Assembly (NCBI GenBank): GCA_022340825.1
Contig: JAJDNE010000023.1
Span: 9,761 to 73,760, forward strand
DNA length: 64,000 nt
Reading direction: 5' to 3'
From: Acidiferrobacterales bacterium
Lineage (GTDB): Bacteria > Pseudomonadota > Gammaproteobacteria > Acidiferrobacterales > JAJDNE01
Part shown: positions 21,775 through 29,389 of the stretch, one piece after another
Position numbering within the stretch: the stretch's first letter is position 1
How the letters are laid out: each line of letters begins with the position of its first letter
Translations under genes and position numbers: made by a program
Notes under the pieces: generated by a model
The model's database searches: none
What the model was told of the DNA's origin: nothing
The model's input: only the letters and a program-made list of their open reading frames with translations

Positions 21775-23379
21775 GTGACAGCCGGGCATGGCGCAATTCC
21801 GATGAGCCAGACCTTAATCGATGCCCTACACGACCCGGCGCTGTACAACCACCCGGTAGACCGGGTCGAAGTGCTCGAGACCCACATCAGCTGGGTGGTG
21901 CTCGCCGGTGATATTGCCTACAAGATCAAGAAGCCGGTCGACTTTGGCTTCCTCGATTTTTCCACGCTGGAAAAACGCGAGCACTATTGCCGGGAAGAGC
22001 TGCGCCTGAATCGCCGCCTGGCACCATCACTTTACCTGGATGTTATTGCCATAGGCGGTTCGGCTGAGGCACCGCGGCTCGGCGTGGCGGATCATGTGAT
22101 TGAATACGCGGTGAAAATGAAACGGTTCGATGAGGCGATGCGTCTTGATCGCCTGCTCGATCAGAACCGGCTGCATGATACCCACATCGATTCACTGGCC
22201 GACGAGCTGGCAACCTTCCACCAAACCGCCGAAATAGCCGGAAATGACAGCGAGTTCGGCAGTCCAGAGGCGGTATTTCAGCCGATACAGGAAAATTTCG
22301 CCCAGATTCGGCCGCTACTCAATGCCAACGAGCACTCGTCCGAATTGGGTCTACTCGACCGCATTGAAGACTGGTGCCGCCAGTCCTTTGGTTTGCTTCA
22401 AGACACCCTCGCAGAACGCAAGCAACTGGGCTTCGTGCGTGAGTGCCACGGTGATGCCCATCTCGCCAACATGGTCCTGATCGATAACCAGGTGGTGTTG
22501 TTTGATTGCCTGGAATTCAATCCGGCCCTTCGCTGGATTGATGTTGTCAGCGAGCTGGCGTTTGCGGTGATGGATCTCGAGGACCGCGCTCACCCGGAAT
22601 TCGCCCGCCGTTTACTGGATCGTTACCTGCAACGCAGTGGCGACTATGCCGGGCTCGCCCTGCTGCGCTTTTACCAGGTGTATCGTGCCTGTGTTCGTGC
22701 CAAGGTCGCTGTACTGAGATGGCAGCAGACACCAGCCGATAACGAACTTCAGTTAGCCTGGCGGGAGTTCTGCGACTACCTGTCGCTGGCAGAGACCTAC
22801 ACCCACGCAAGGCAACCGATAGTAGTTTGTTGTTATGGTGTCTCCGGTGCGGGCAAGACCACTGTCAGCCAGCACCTGCTCGAATCACTGCCGCTGATTC
22901 GATTACGTAGCGACGTCGAGCGCAAGCGATTGTTCGGCCTGGCGCTTGAGGATCGCAGTGACGAAGCCGTTGGCGAGGTAATGTACAGCGAGGAAACCAG
23001 TACCCGCACTTTCGACCGACTGGCAACGCTGGCACAAACTATCGTCCAGGCCGGCTTCGGCGTCATCGTTGACGCCACGTTTTTACGCCAGGCAGAGCGC
23101 CGGCGCTTTGCGGCACTGGCACAAACTCTCGAAACACCGTTTCGTATACTGGAGATCACCGCGACCGAGGCGGCAATGCGCAAACGAATCGAGCAGCGAA
23201 ATCATTTCGGTAAAGACGCTTCAGAGGCCGACGCCTCAGTGCTGGCCCGGCAGCTGGAATGGCGCGAGCCACTGACCCCTGAAGAGCGCCGAATCACTCT
23301 AACCGTGAGCAATGAGCAGGGTGCTGAGCTTGGCGAAATCTGTGCCAAACTCGATAGCCTTATGAAAGGTACGGGTTAG
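21775..23379 (+). CDS. Fusion protein: APH-like (aminoglycoside phosphotransferase fold) kinase domain plus P-loop kinase domain
   Basis: Kinase catalytic loop HGDAHLANMVLID in the N-terminal part. Walker A GVSGAGKTT in the C-terminal ~180 aa. The start is uncertain (GTG 21775 or ATG 21802). Confidence 0.75.
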   Translation: MTAGHGAIPMSQTLIDALHDPALYNHPVDRVEVLETHISWVVLAGDIAYKIKKPVDFGFLDFSTLEKREHYCREELRLNRRLAPSLYLDVIAIGGSAEAPRLGVADHVIEYAVKMKRFDEAMRLDRLLDQNRLHDTHIDSLADELATFHQTAEIAGNDSEFGSPEAVFQPIQENFAQIRPLLNANEHSSELGLLDRIEDWCRQSFGLLQDTLAERKQLGFVRECHGDAHLANMVLIDNQVVLFDCLEFNPALRWIDVVSELAFAVMDLEDRAHPEFARRLLDRYLQRSGDYAGLALLRFYQVYRACVRAKVAVLRWQQTPADNELQLAWREFCDYLSLAETYTHARQPIVVCCYGVSGAGKTTVSQHLLESLPLIRLRSDVERKRLFGLALEDRSDEAVGEVMYSEETSTRTFDRLATLAQTIVQAGFGVIVDATFLRQAERRRFAALAQTLETPFRILEITATEAAMRKRIEQRNHFGKDASEADASVLARQLEWREPLTPEERRITLTVSNEQGAELGEICAKLDSLMKGTG

Positions 23380-23574
23380 ACCGGTATACCTTAATATATA
23401 TAGGCACCTCGCGATGTCGAAAATCGCGCGATTTTCCCGGTTTCCGACCGTTCGTCATTTCCCCAAGCCACGCACATTTTTTCCCCAAGTTGTACACAGG
23501 CTTGTGCCTTGTAAGAAAACCCAAAAATTTTTTCAATAGACGCCCAAAAAGTCTTTACATCATTATTTCATTTA

Positions 23575-23626
23575 AGCACACTATTCTGCGGTTTCGGCTC
23601 ACCCAAACCACAACATATTGTGGTTT
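23575..23626 (+). promoter_or_regulatory. Tandem NrdR boxes upstream of nrdJ
   Basis: Box 2 is aaaccacaa-cata-ttgtggttt (23605-23626), with a core CCACAACATATTGTGG matching the NrdR palindrome acaCwAtATaTwGtgt. Box 1 is gcacactattctgcg (23575-23590). The centres are about 32 bp apart. Confidence 0.7.
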
Positions 23627-23735
23627 GGCCTCGGGGGCTCCAGCATATCTGGATGGGGGTCGGAAAACACGAAAGATCAACAATTTACCAGCCCGGACCA
23701 CCACCGGGAGATAACATGGAGGAGGTAATATCCGA

Positions 23736-25865
23736 ATGAAGGCCGCTGAAATCGAAGTACAACCCCAACAACAAACCCAGGACATCGCGCTACAACCGGC
23801 CTCGTATGATATCTGGGACAAGAAATATCGCCTGAAGACCAAAAACGGAGAGCCCATCGACGCCGATGTTGCTGCCACCTATCAGCGGGTTGCCAGGGCC
23901 CTGGCAGACGTAGAAACCACTGACGAAAAACGCGAAGAGTGGTATGGCAGATTTGTCTGGGCGCTGGAAAATGGCGCCATCCCTGCCGGCCGCATTACCT
24001 CCAACGCCGGCGCCCTGGAACACAAGCCGGCCACCAGCACCATTAACTGCACCGTATCCAGTACCGTTCCGGACTCCATGGACGGTATCTTGCGTGCCGC
24101 ACACGAAGCCGGGCTGACACTTAAAGCCGGTTGCGGTATCGGCTATGAATTCTCGACCCTGCGCCCGAAGGGTGCCTTTGTCAGCGGTGCCGGCGCCTAT
24201 ACCTCCGGGCCGTTGTCGTTCATGGATATTTTTGATGCCATGTGTTTCACCGTTTCCAGCGCGGGTGGCCGCCGCGGTGCACAGATGGGTACCTTCGACA
24301 TCTCCCACCCGGACGTAGTCGATTTTATTCGCGCCAAGCGTGAAGATGGGCGCCTCCGCCAGTTCAACCTGTCATGCCTGATCACCGACGAGTTCATGCA
24401 GGCAGTCAAGAACGACGACAACTGGGACCTGGCGTTTCCGGCCAACAAACCGGAATACGACGACCCGGAAAGCCTGATCGTCTGGCGCCGCTGGCCACAC
24501 GACAAGGGCTATATCACCAATGAAGTGGGTGAGGTGGCCTGCAAGATTTACAAAACCATGCCTGCACGCCGTCTGTGGAACCTGATCATGACTTCCACCT
24601 ACGACTACGCCGAACCCGGCTTTATCCTGATCGACAAGATCAACGAGATGAACAACAACTGGTTCTGCGAAAATATTCGCGCCACCAACCCCTGCGGCGA
24701 ACAGCCACTGCCGCCGTACGGATCCTGCCTGCTGGGGTCGATCAACCTGACCAAGTTCGTGGAAAACCCGTTCAGTGATCGTGCCAGTTTTGACTGGGCG
24801 CGTTTCCGTGACGTGGTAAAGGTATTTACCCGCATGCTCGACAACGTGGTCGAGATCAACGGTCTGCCGCTGGAAGGACAGCGTAACGAGATCCATAGCA
24901 AGCGCCGTCACGGCATGGGCTTTCTCGGCCTCGGTTCTACCGTCACCATGCTGAAGATGAAGTATGGTTCCGAGGCATCGCTGGAATTTACCGAGCGCGT
25001 CGCCAAGGAACTGGCGGTTGCCGGCTGGGAAGTAGGCATCGAGCTCGCCGAAGAAAAAGGCCCGGCACCTACCCTGGAACAGGAATTCGACGTGACCGAG
25101 GCGATGCTGGCACTGCGCCCGGAAATGAAAGAAGACGGTTACAAGACCGGCGACAAGGTTACCGGCAAGGTGTTAATGGCCAAGTACTCGCGTTATATGC
25201 AACAGTTTGACAAGGAACTGACGGATCGTATCGCCGAGGTCGGGTCACGTTTTACCCACCACAGCTCTATTGCACCGACGGGTACGATCTCGCTATCACT
25301 TGGCAATAATGCCAGCAACGGCATCGAACCCTCGTTTGCCCATCACTACAGCCGCAATGTCATTCGCGAAGGCCGCAAGACCAAGGAAAAAATCGAGGTC
25401 TACTCCTTCGAACTGCTGGCCTATCGTGAACTGGTTAACCCACATGCACACCCGGATGCCGAGGATCCCGAAAACAGGTTGCCGGATTACTTCATCAGCT
25501 CGGATGATGTGACGCCGAAGCAGCATGTTGATGTCCAGGCAGCGGCACAGAAATGGGTGGATTCCTCCATTTCCAAGACTGCCAATGTGCCCACCGATTT
25601 CCCCTATGAAGACTTCAAGGAAATCTACATGTACGCCTATGACAAGGGTCTGAAAGGATGCACCACATTCCGTTTCAACCCCGAAGCATTCCAGGGCGTG
25701 CTGGTGAAAGACAAGGATTTGGCCAATACCACCTATCGCTTCCAGCTGGAAGACGGCGAAATCGTCGAGGTCCAGGGCAATGAAGAGATCGAATATGACG
25801 GTGAAACTCACACCGCTGCCAATCTCTACGATGCCCTCAAAGAAGGGTATTACGGCAAATTCTGA
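23736..25865 (+). CDS. nrdJ: Class II (adenosylcobalamin-dependent) ribonucleotide reductase, large N-terminal fragment (NrdJa)
   Basis: 709 aa. RNR catalytic segments (active-site NPCGEQPL) plus the thiyl-radical loop region. A GGAGGAGG SD precedes it. Confidence 0.9.
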   Translation: MKAAEIEVQPQQQTQDIALQPASYDIWDKKYRLKTKNGEPIDADVAATYQRVARALADVETTDEKREEWYGRFVWALENGAIPAGRITSNAGALEHKPATSTINCTVSSTVPDSMDGILRAAHEAGLTLKAGCGIGYEFSTLRPKGAFVSGAGAYTSGPLSFMDIFDAMCFTVSSAGGRRGAQMGTFDISHPDVVDFIRAKREDGRLRQFNLSCLITDEFMQAVKNDDNWDLAFPANKPEYDDPESLIVWRRWPHDKGYITNEVGEVACKIYKTMPARRLWNLIMTSTYDYAEPGFILIDKINEMNNNWFCENIRATNPCGEQPLPPYGSCLLGSINLTKFVENPFSDRASFDWARFRDVVKVFTRMLDNVVEINGLPLEGQRNEIHSKRRHGMGFLGLGSTVTMLKMKYGSEASLEFTERVAKELAVAGWEVGIELAEEKGPAPTLEQEFDVTEAMLALRPEMKEDGYKTGDKVTGKVLMAKYSRYMQQFDKELTDRIAEVGSRFTHHSSIAPTGTISLSLGNNASNGIEPSFAHHYSRNVIREGRKTKEKIEVYSFELLAYRELVNPHAHPDAEDPENRLPDYFISSDDVTPKQHVDVQAAAQKWVDSSISKTANVPTDFPYEDFKEIYMYAYDKGLKGCTTFRFNPEAFQGVLVKDKDLANTTYRFQLEDGEIVEVQGNEEIEYDGETHTAANLYDALKEGYYGKF

Positions 25866-25875
25866 GGCGAATAAA

Positions 25876-25917
25876 GCCGTTGCCCGATTGACAATATCGG
25901 GCAGTACGGCCGGTTTT
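25876..25917 (+). terminator. Strong hairpin plus short T-run between nrdJa and nrdJb (possible partial terminator or processing site)
   Basis: Stem gccgt-tgcccgat / atcgggca-gt-acggc (25876-25910): 13 bp with a 2-nt bulge and a 7-nt loop. It is followed by cggTTTTg. Confidence 0.4.
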
Positions 25918-25994
25918 GCAGGGTCGTGACCTGAAGCACGGCCCCGCAAGAAAGATTAATCGGGCAAAAGGGAGCCCGGATGAGGAGAACCACC

Positions 25995-26675
25995 ATGACT
26001 ATCAAGATCGACAAGAAAATTACCAGTTACGAAGTTGCAAAGGATGACGACATGAAAGAGTCGCAGGTCGAAAGCAACGTTGTCCACATGCACGAAAAGC
26101 TTGAGCGTCCTGAAACGCTGCGTGGCAATACCTACAAAATCAAAACTCCGCTGACCGAGCATGCGCTTTACGTCACGATTAACGATGTTTGTCTGAACCA
26201 GGGTACCGACCATGAGAAATGGCGCCCGTTCGAAATCTTCATCAACTCCAAGAGCATGGACCACTTTCAATGGGTCGTGGCGCTCACCCGCGTTATATCC
26301 GCCGTTTTCCGCAAAGGTGGCGATATCACCTTTTTAGTCGAGGAACTACGTTCGGTTTTCGATCCACGTGGAGGCTATTTCAAGAAAGGTAAGTACACGC
26401 CATCGCTGGTTGCAGACATTGGTGACATCATTGAATGCCATTTGAAAGAGATTGGCATGATCCAGAGCGAGGAAATGGATGAACATCGCAAGAGCATTCT
26501 TGCCGAAAAACGCGCGCAATTTGAGTCAAAAGAGCAAAATTCTGTTGCTGACGTAGAAGCCAAGTCAGACTTCCCGGCGGAAGCGCAACTCTGCAACAAA
26601 TGCATGACTAAAGCAGTTATCAAGATGGATGGTTGCATGACTTGTCTTAACTGTGGCGATTCGAAATGTGGTTAA
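25995..26675 (+). CDS. nrdJ: Class II ribonucleotide reductase C-terminal fragment (NrdJb)
   Basis: About 226 aa ending in a Cys-rich tail (CNKCMTKAVIKMDGCMTCLNCGDSKCG). It sits next to nrdJa, as in split NrdJa/NrdJb systems. Start taken at the ATG 6 nt after AGGAGA. Confidence 0.8.
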   Translation: MTIKIDKKITSYEVAKDDDMKESQVESNVVHMHEKLERPETLRGNTYKIKTPLTEHALYVTINDVCLNQGTDHEKWRPFEIFINSKSMDHFQWVVALTRVISAVFRKGGDITFLVEELRSVFDPRGGYFKKGKYTPSLVADIGDIIECHLKEIGMIQSEEMDEHRKSILAEKRAQFESKEQNSVADVEAKSDFPAEAQLCNKCMTKAVIKMDGCMTCLNCGDSKCG

Positions 26676-27192
26676 TCAATCTAACGATTGAGATTTGGAT
26701 TAGAGATACTTGATTTGGAAATAAAAACCTGAAAAAAATATTTGCATTTTTTAAAAACTGTTACTAGAGTTACGCTTTGATAAGGATATCAAGTGTGCTA
26801 GTCGCACTTTGAAGCAGTAAATGGAACAAGAATTTGAAGTGTGAGAAGAACAAGCGACAGCATTGGTTAACAAAATCCGCCGACGCTGATTGCTAACAAG
26901 CTTCAAACAGAAAAACGAAACGGGTTTTATAACCAAGGAGAACAAAAACCGTTTTGTATCGATCGCGGGTGTCGAAATTAGGGACCAGAAGGCTGGATGT
27001 TTCAGCCAACACGGCGGGGATTAACAAGCCGGGGGTTCGTTTTCTCACTTCTGGAAGTCATAACTGGCAGCCAAAGGCTGTTTTTCCTTTTTTTTCTCGC
27101 ATAAATCCGTTTATTACCAACTCTATCAGTGGGGCGTGTAACTCAGCCCCGGTTTTCTGGTAAGTCCTCTAACCACAAAGAAGGAGCACAAC

Positions 27193-27489
27193 ATGGCAGT
27201 AAAGAAACGTTCGACCAAGAAAAAGGCCGCTAAGAAAAAAACGGCCAAGAAGGCCGCTAAGAAGCGCGTAACGAAGAAGAAAGCCGCTAAGAAGAAGACC
27301 AAGAAGAAAGCCAAGAAAAAGGCTAAAAAGAAAGCTACAAAGAAGAAAGCCAAGAAAAAGGCTAAAAAGAAAGCCAAGAAAAAGGCTAAGAAAAAGGCTA
27401 AGAAAAAAGCCAAAAAGAAAGCTAAGAAAAAAGCCAAGAAAAAGGCTAAAAAGAAAACTAGCAAGAAGAAAACGACCAAGCGTCGCTAG
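27193..27489 (+). CDS. Lys/Ala-rich histone H1-like basic protein
   Basis: 98 aa, of which I count 61 lysines. Nine consecutive AKKK units. AAGGAG SD 6 nt upstream. Hairpins lie downstream. Confidence 0.75.
   Translation: MAVKKRSTKKKAAKKKTAKKAAKKRVTKKKAAKKKTKKKAKKKAKKKATKKKAKKKAKKKAKKKAKKKAKKKAKKKAKKKAKKKAKKKTSKKKTTKRR
27301..27455. repeat. In-frame 12/24-nt tandem repeat (gccaagaaaaaggctaaaaagaaa)n encoding (AKKK)n
   Basis: Direct reading: imperfect tandem copies of a 12-nt unit inside the Lys-rich CDS. Confidence 0.9.
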
Positions 27490-27505
27490 TTAGTACAGTT
27501 TCCAA

Positions 27506-27591
27506 TCGCCCCGGTTCCGCCGGGGCGACCGGGAAACACTGAAGGCCGGCTATACCAGGCAGATTTACGCCACGGTACCGGCCTTTTTCTT
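27506..27591 (+). terminator. Two hairpins downstream of the Lys-rich gene, the second with a T-tract
   Basis: First hairpin: tcgccccgg-ttccg-ccggggcga (27506-27528). Second hairpin: aaggccgg...ccggcctt (27542-27549 / 27578-27585), followed by TTTTCTTT. Confidence 0.6.
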
Positions 27592-27643
27592 TGCCTGGGC
27601 GTCCCGCAATGGGCAATTTACGACCACCACTCAGTCGTATCAG

Positions 27644-28312
27644 CTAATCACCAGCCAGAATCTGATCGTTCAATGCCTGCAGGCGCTTTGGTGTACCAAT
27701 ATCCATCCATTTGCCCGAATAATATTCTCCAGTGACCTGCCTTCTAATGATGGCATCGCGCAGGATCGGTACTAATGGGAAGCGCTCCTGCTTCATGCCA
27801 TCAAACATTCGCGGCGAATAAACGCCGATGCCGCTAAAGGTCAACTTCCTGCCTTGATTCAGGTTGACCATTTTTTTATCCAGACAGAAATCGCCGGTGG
27901 CATGGTGTGACGGATTGTCTACCATGACCAGGTGCGCCAGACCCGTCAGCTCGCGCGGAAGTCGCTCAATGGGAAAATCTGTCCAGACATCACTGTTAAT
28001 CACCACGAATGGCTGATCATCCAGCTGGTTCAGCGCCTTTAAGATGCCGCCGCCTGTCTCAAGCGCGCCACTGGATTCATCGGAGTACCGGATCGAGACG
28101 CCGAACTCGCTGCCGTCACCCAGATAGTCAACGATCTGTTGCCCCAGATGAGCATAATTCACCACGATCTCGTCAATTCCCCCCGTTTTTAACAACTCAA
28201 CCGTATATGCGATGAGAGGCTTGCCGCCAACCTGAAGCAGCGGCTTGGGAATCGTATCGGTCAACGGACGCATACGTTCTCCGCGACCGGCTGCAAGAAT
28301 CATGGCCTTCAT
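27644..28312 (-). CDS. murU: N-acetylmuramate alpha-1-phosphate uridylyltransferase (MurU-like nucleotidyltransferase)
   Basis: N-terminal sugar-nucleotidyltransferase motif MILAAGRGERMRPLTDTIPKPLL. It is coupled to the amgK-like kinase and divergent from lptD, as I recall for Pseudomonas. Confidence 0.8.
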   Translation of the reverse strand: MKAMILAAGRGERMRPLTDTIPKPLLQVGGKPLIAYTVELLKTGGIDEIVVNYAHLGQQIVDYLGDGSEFGVSIRYSDESSGALETGGGILKALNQLDDQPFVVINSDVWTDFPIERLPRELTGLAHLVMVDNPSHHATGDFCLDKKMVNLNQGRKLTFSGIGVYSPRMFDGMKQERFPLVPILRDAIIRRQVTGEYYSGKWMDIGTPKRLQALNDQILAGD

Positions 28313-29310
28313 GAAATCGACTCGTAGGGGACATTGAGCGTATGTATCAACTCTGACAGTGGCTTCAGGTCGTCATATTGCTGGCATACGTTCACGACAT
28401 ATCCAAGGGTGCGGGGAATATCATCCAGATAACCGGTTTTGCCATCACGATGGCACAGTCGCGCAAAAATGCCGCTGGCCTTTAGATGGCGCTGCACGCC
28501 CATTCGATCAAACCAGGCGACAAACTGTTCAACGTCGTCACCCACCGGGATCCCTTTTTTTCGCGCAAGTCTAAAATAACCTTCGGCCCAGTCGATCACA
28601 CGCGCTCTAGGCCAGGAAATGTAGCAATCACGCAACAGTGACACGAGATCGTAAGTCACTGGCCCCAGTACCGCGTCCTGAAAGTCCAGGATGCCCGGGT
28701 TGTTTACCTGGGTGACCATCAGATTTCGTGAGTGAAAGTCGCGATGTACCCATACCCGTGGCTGTGACAGTGCGGATTGGGTAAGTACACTGAATACGCT
28801 ATCCAGTTGCTGATGCTGTGTCGGGTTCAATACAAGACCAAGATGTCGGCCGAGATACCATTCACGGAACAATTCCATCTCGGTATTCAATAATTCAGCA
28901 TCATAAGGCGGCAAAAAACTCTCGTCGGTCGATGTACCGGCCTGTAACACCGCCAGAGCGGCCAGAGCGTCGCCGTAGAGCCGCTCTACGGTATCGGTGT
29001 GTAATTGTGACAAGTAAACGATATCGCCCAAATCGCTCAATAACAGGAAGCCCTGATCGATATCCTGATCGATTATCTTTGGCACATTCAGTCCAAGCTC
29101 ATAAAAACGTTTGCCAATACGGATAAACGGTTCACTATTTTCCTTTTCCGGTGGCGCATCCATGGCGATATAGCTTTGATCATCGACAAGAAAACGAAAA
29201 TAGCGCCGGAAACTGGCATCCGAAGATGCCGGTTCCACCGAGATTGATGTGACGCCGAACAAATCAGCGAGCCAGCGTTGTAGTTGTTCGCGGCGTTGGT
29301 CTTGAGGCAT
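28309..29310 (-). CDS. amgK: Anomeric MurNAc/GlcNAc kinase (AmgK-like, APH fold)
   Basis: APH-fold catalytic loop (VHRDFHSRNLMV) and the DFQD metal-binding motif. It overlaps the murU start by 4 nt. Start taken at the internal ATG (MPQDQRREQL...). Confidence 0.8.
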   Translation of the reverse strand: MPQDQRREQLQRWLADLFGVTSISVEPASSDASFRRYFRFLVDDQSYIAMDAPPEKENSEPFIRIGKRFYELGLNVPKIIDQDIDQGFLLLSDLGDIVYLSQLHTDTVERLYGDALAALAVLQAGTSTDESFLPPYDAELLNTEMELFREWYLGRHLGLVLNPTQHQQLDSVFSVLTQSALSQPRVWVHRDFHSRNLMVTQVNNPGILDFQDAVLGPVTYDLVSLLRDCYISWPRARVIDWAEGYFRLARKKGIPVGDDVEQFVAWFDRMGVQRHLKASGIFARLCHRDGKTGYLDDIPRTLGYVVNVCQQYDDLKPLSELIHTLNVPYESIS

Positions 29311-29389
29311 GAGTTTCCAGTTAAGTGCGTTTCGCGAAAGTAGCAGTGAAAAGCATTTGCTTGATGGTGTCCTGATTCTATGCAATTTT

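Noticed and set aside
21031-21789. 252-aa minus-strand ORF antisense to the PfkB kinase gene.
   Set aside because: It is a shadow ORF. The plus-strand frame carries the PfkB signature and an SD.
23380-23735. Possible adenosylcobalamin riboswitch in the leader of the B12-dependent RNR.
   Set aside because: I see no B12-box-like element (for example, the conserved GCCACUG core) and no multi-stem architecture. The NrdR boxes explain the regulatory region.
23716-23739. Tiny uORF ATG-GAG-GAG-GTA-ATA-TCC-GAA-TGA (MEEVISE) overlapping the nrdJ start codon.
   Set aside because: Its GAGGAGG is far more simply read as the nrdJ Shine-Dalgarno sequence. The uORF has no SD of its own.
26777-27097. Csr/Rsm-type CsrA-sponge RNA, suggested by GGA in hairpin loops (uugauaAGGAuaucaa, cuGGAUGU).
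   Set aside because: I count only about 7 GGA triplets in about 320 nt. That is roughly the chance expectation for this base composition. I also see no GacA/UvrY box (TGTAAG-N6-CTTACA) upstream of the putative promoter. I kept the region as a generic ncRNA/leader candidate only.
26954-27163. 69-aa TTG-initiated ORF (MYRSRVSKLGTRRLDV...) inside the long intergenic tract.
   Set aside because: It has a TTG start 13 nt from AAGGAG, a sequence without coding-like features, and it runs through the T-run and hairpins. It is likely spurious.
27301-27455. Regular short-period repeats that could suggest a CRISPR-like or satellite array.
   Set aside because: The period is 12/24 nt with no spacers, and the repeats sit entirely inside an ORF in frame. 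This is a coding tandem repeat, not CRISPR.
27126-27479. 117-aa minus-strand ORF made of FFLA repeats.
   Set aside because: It is the mirror image of the (AKKK)n repeat. The plus-strand gene has the SD and the terminator, and the antisense frame has neither.
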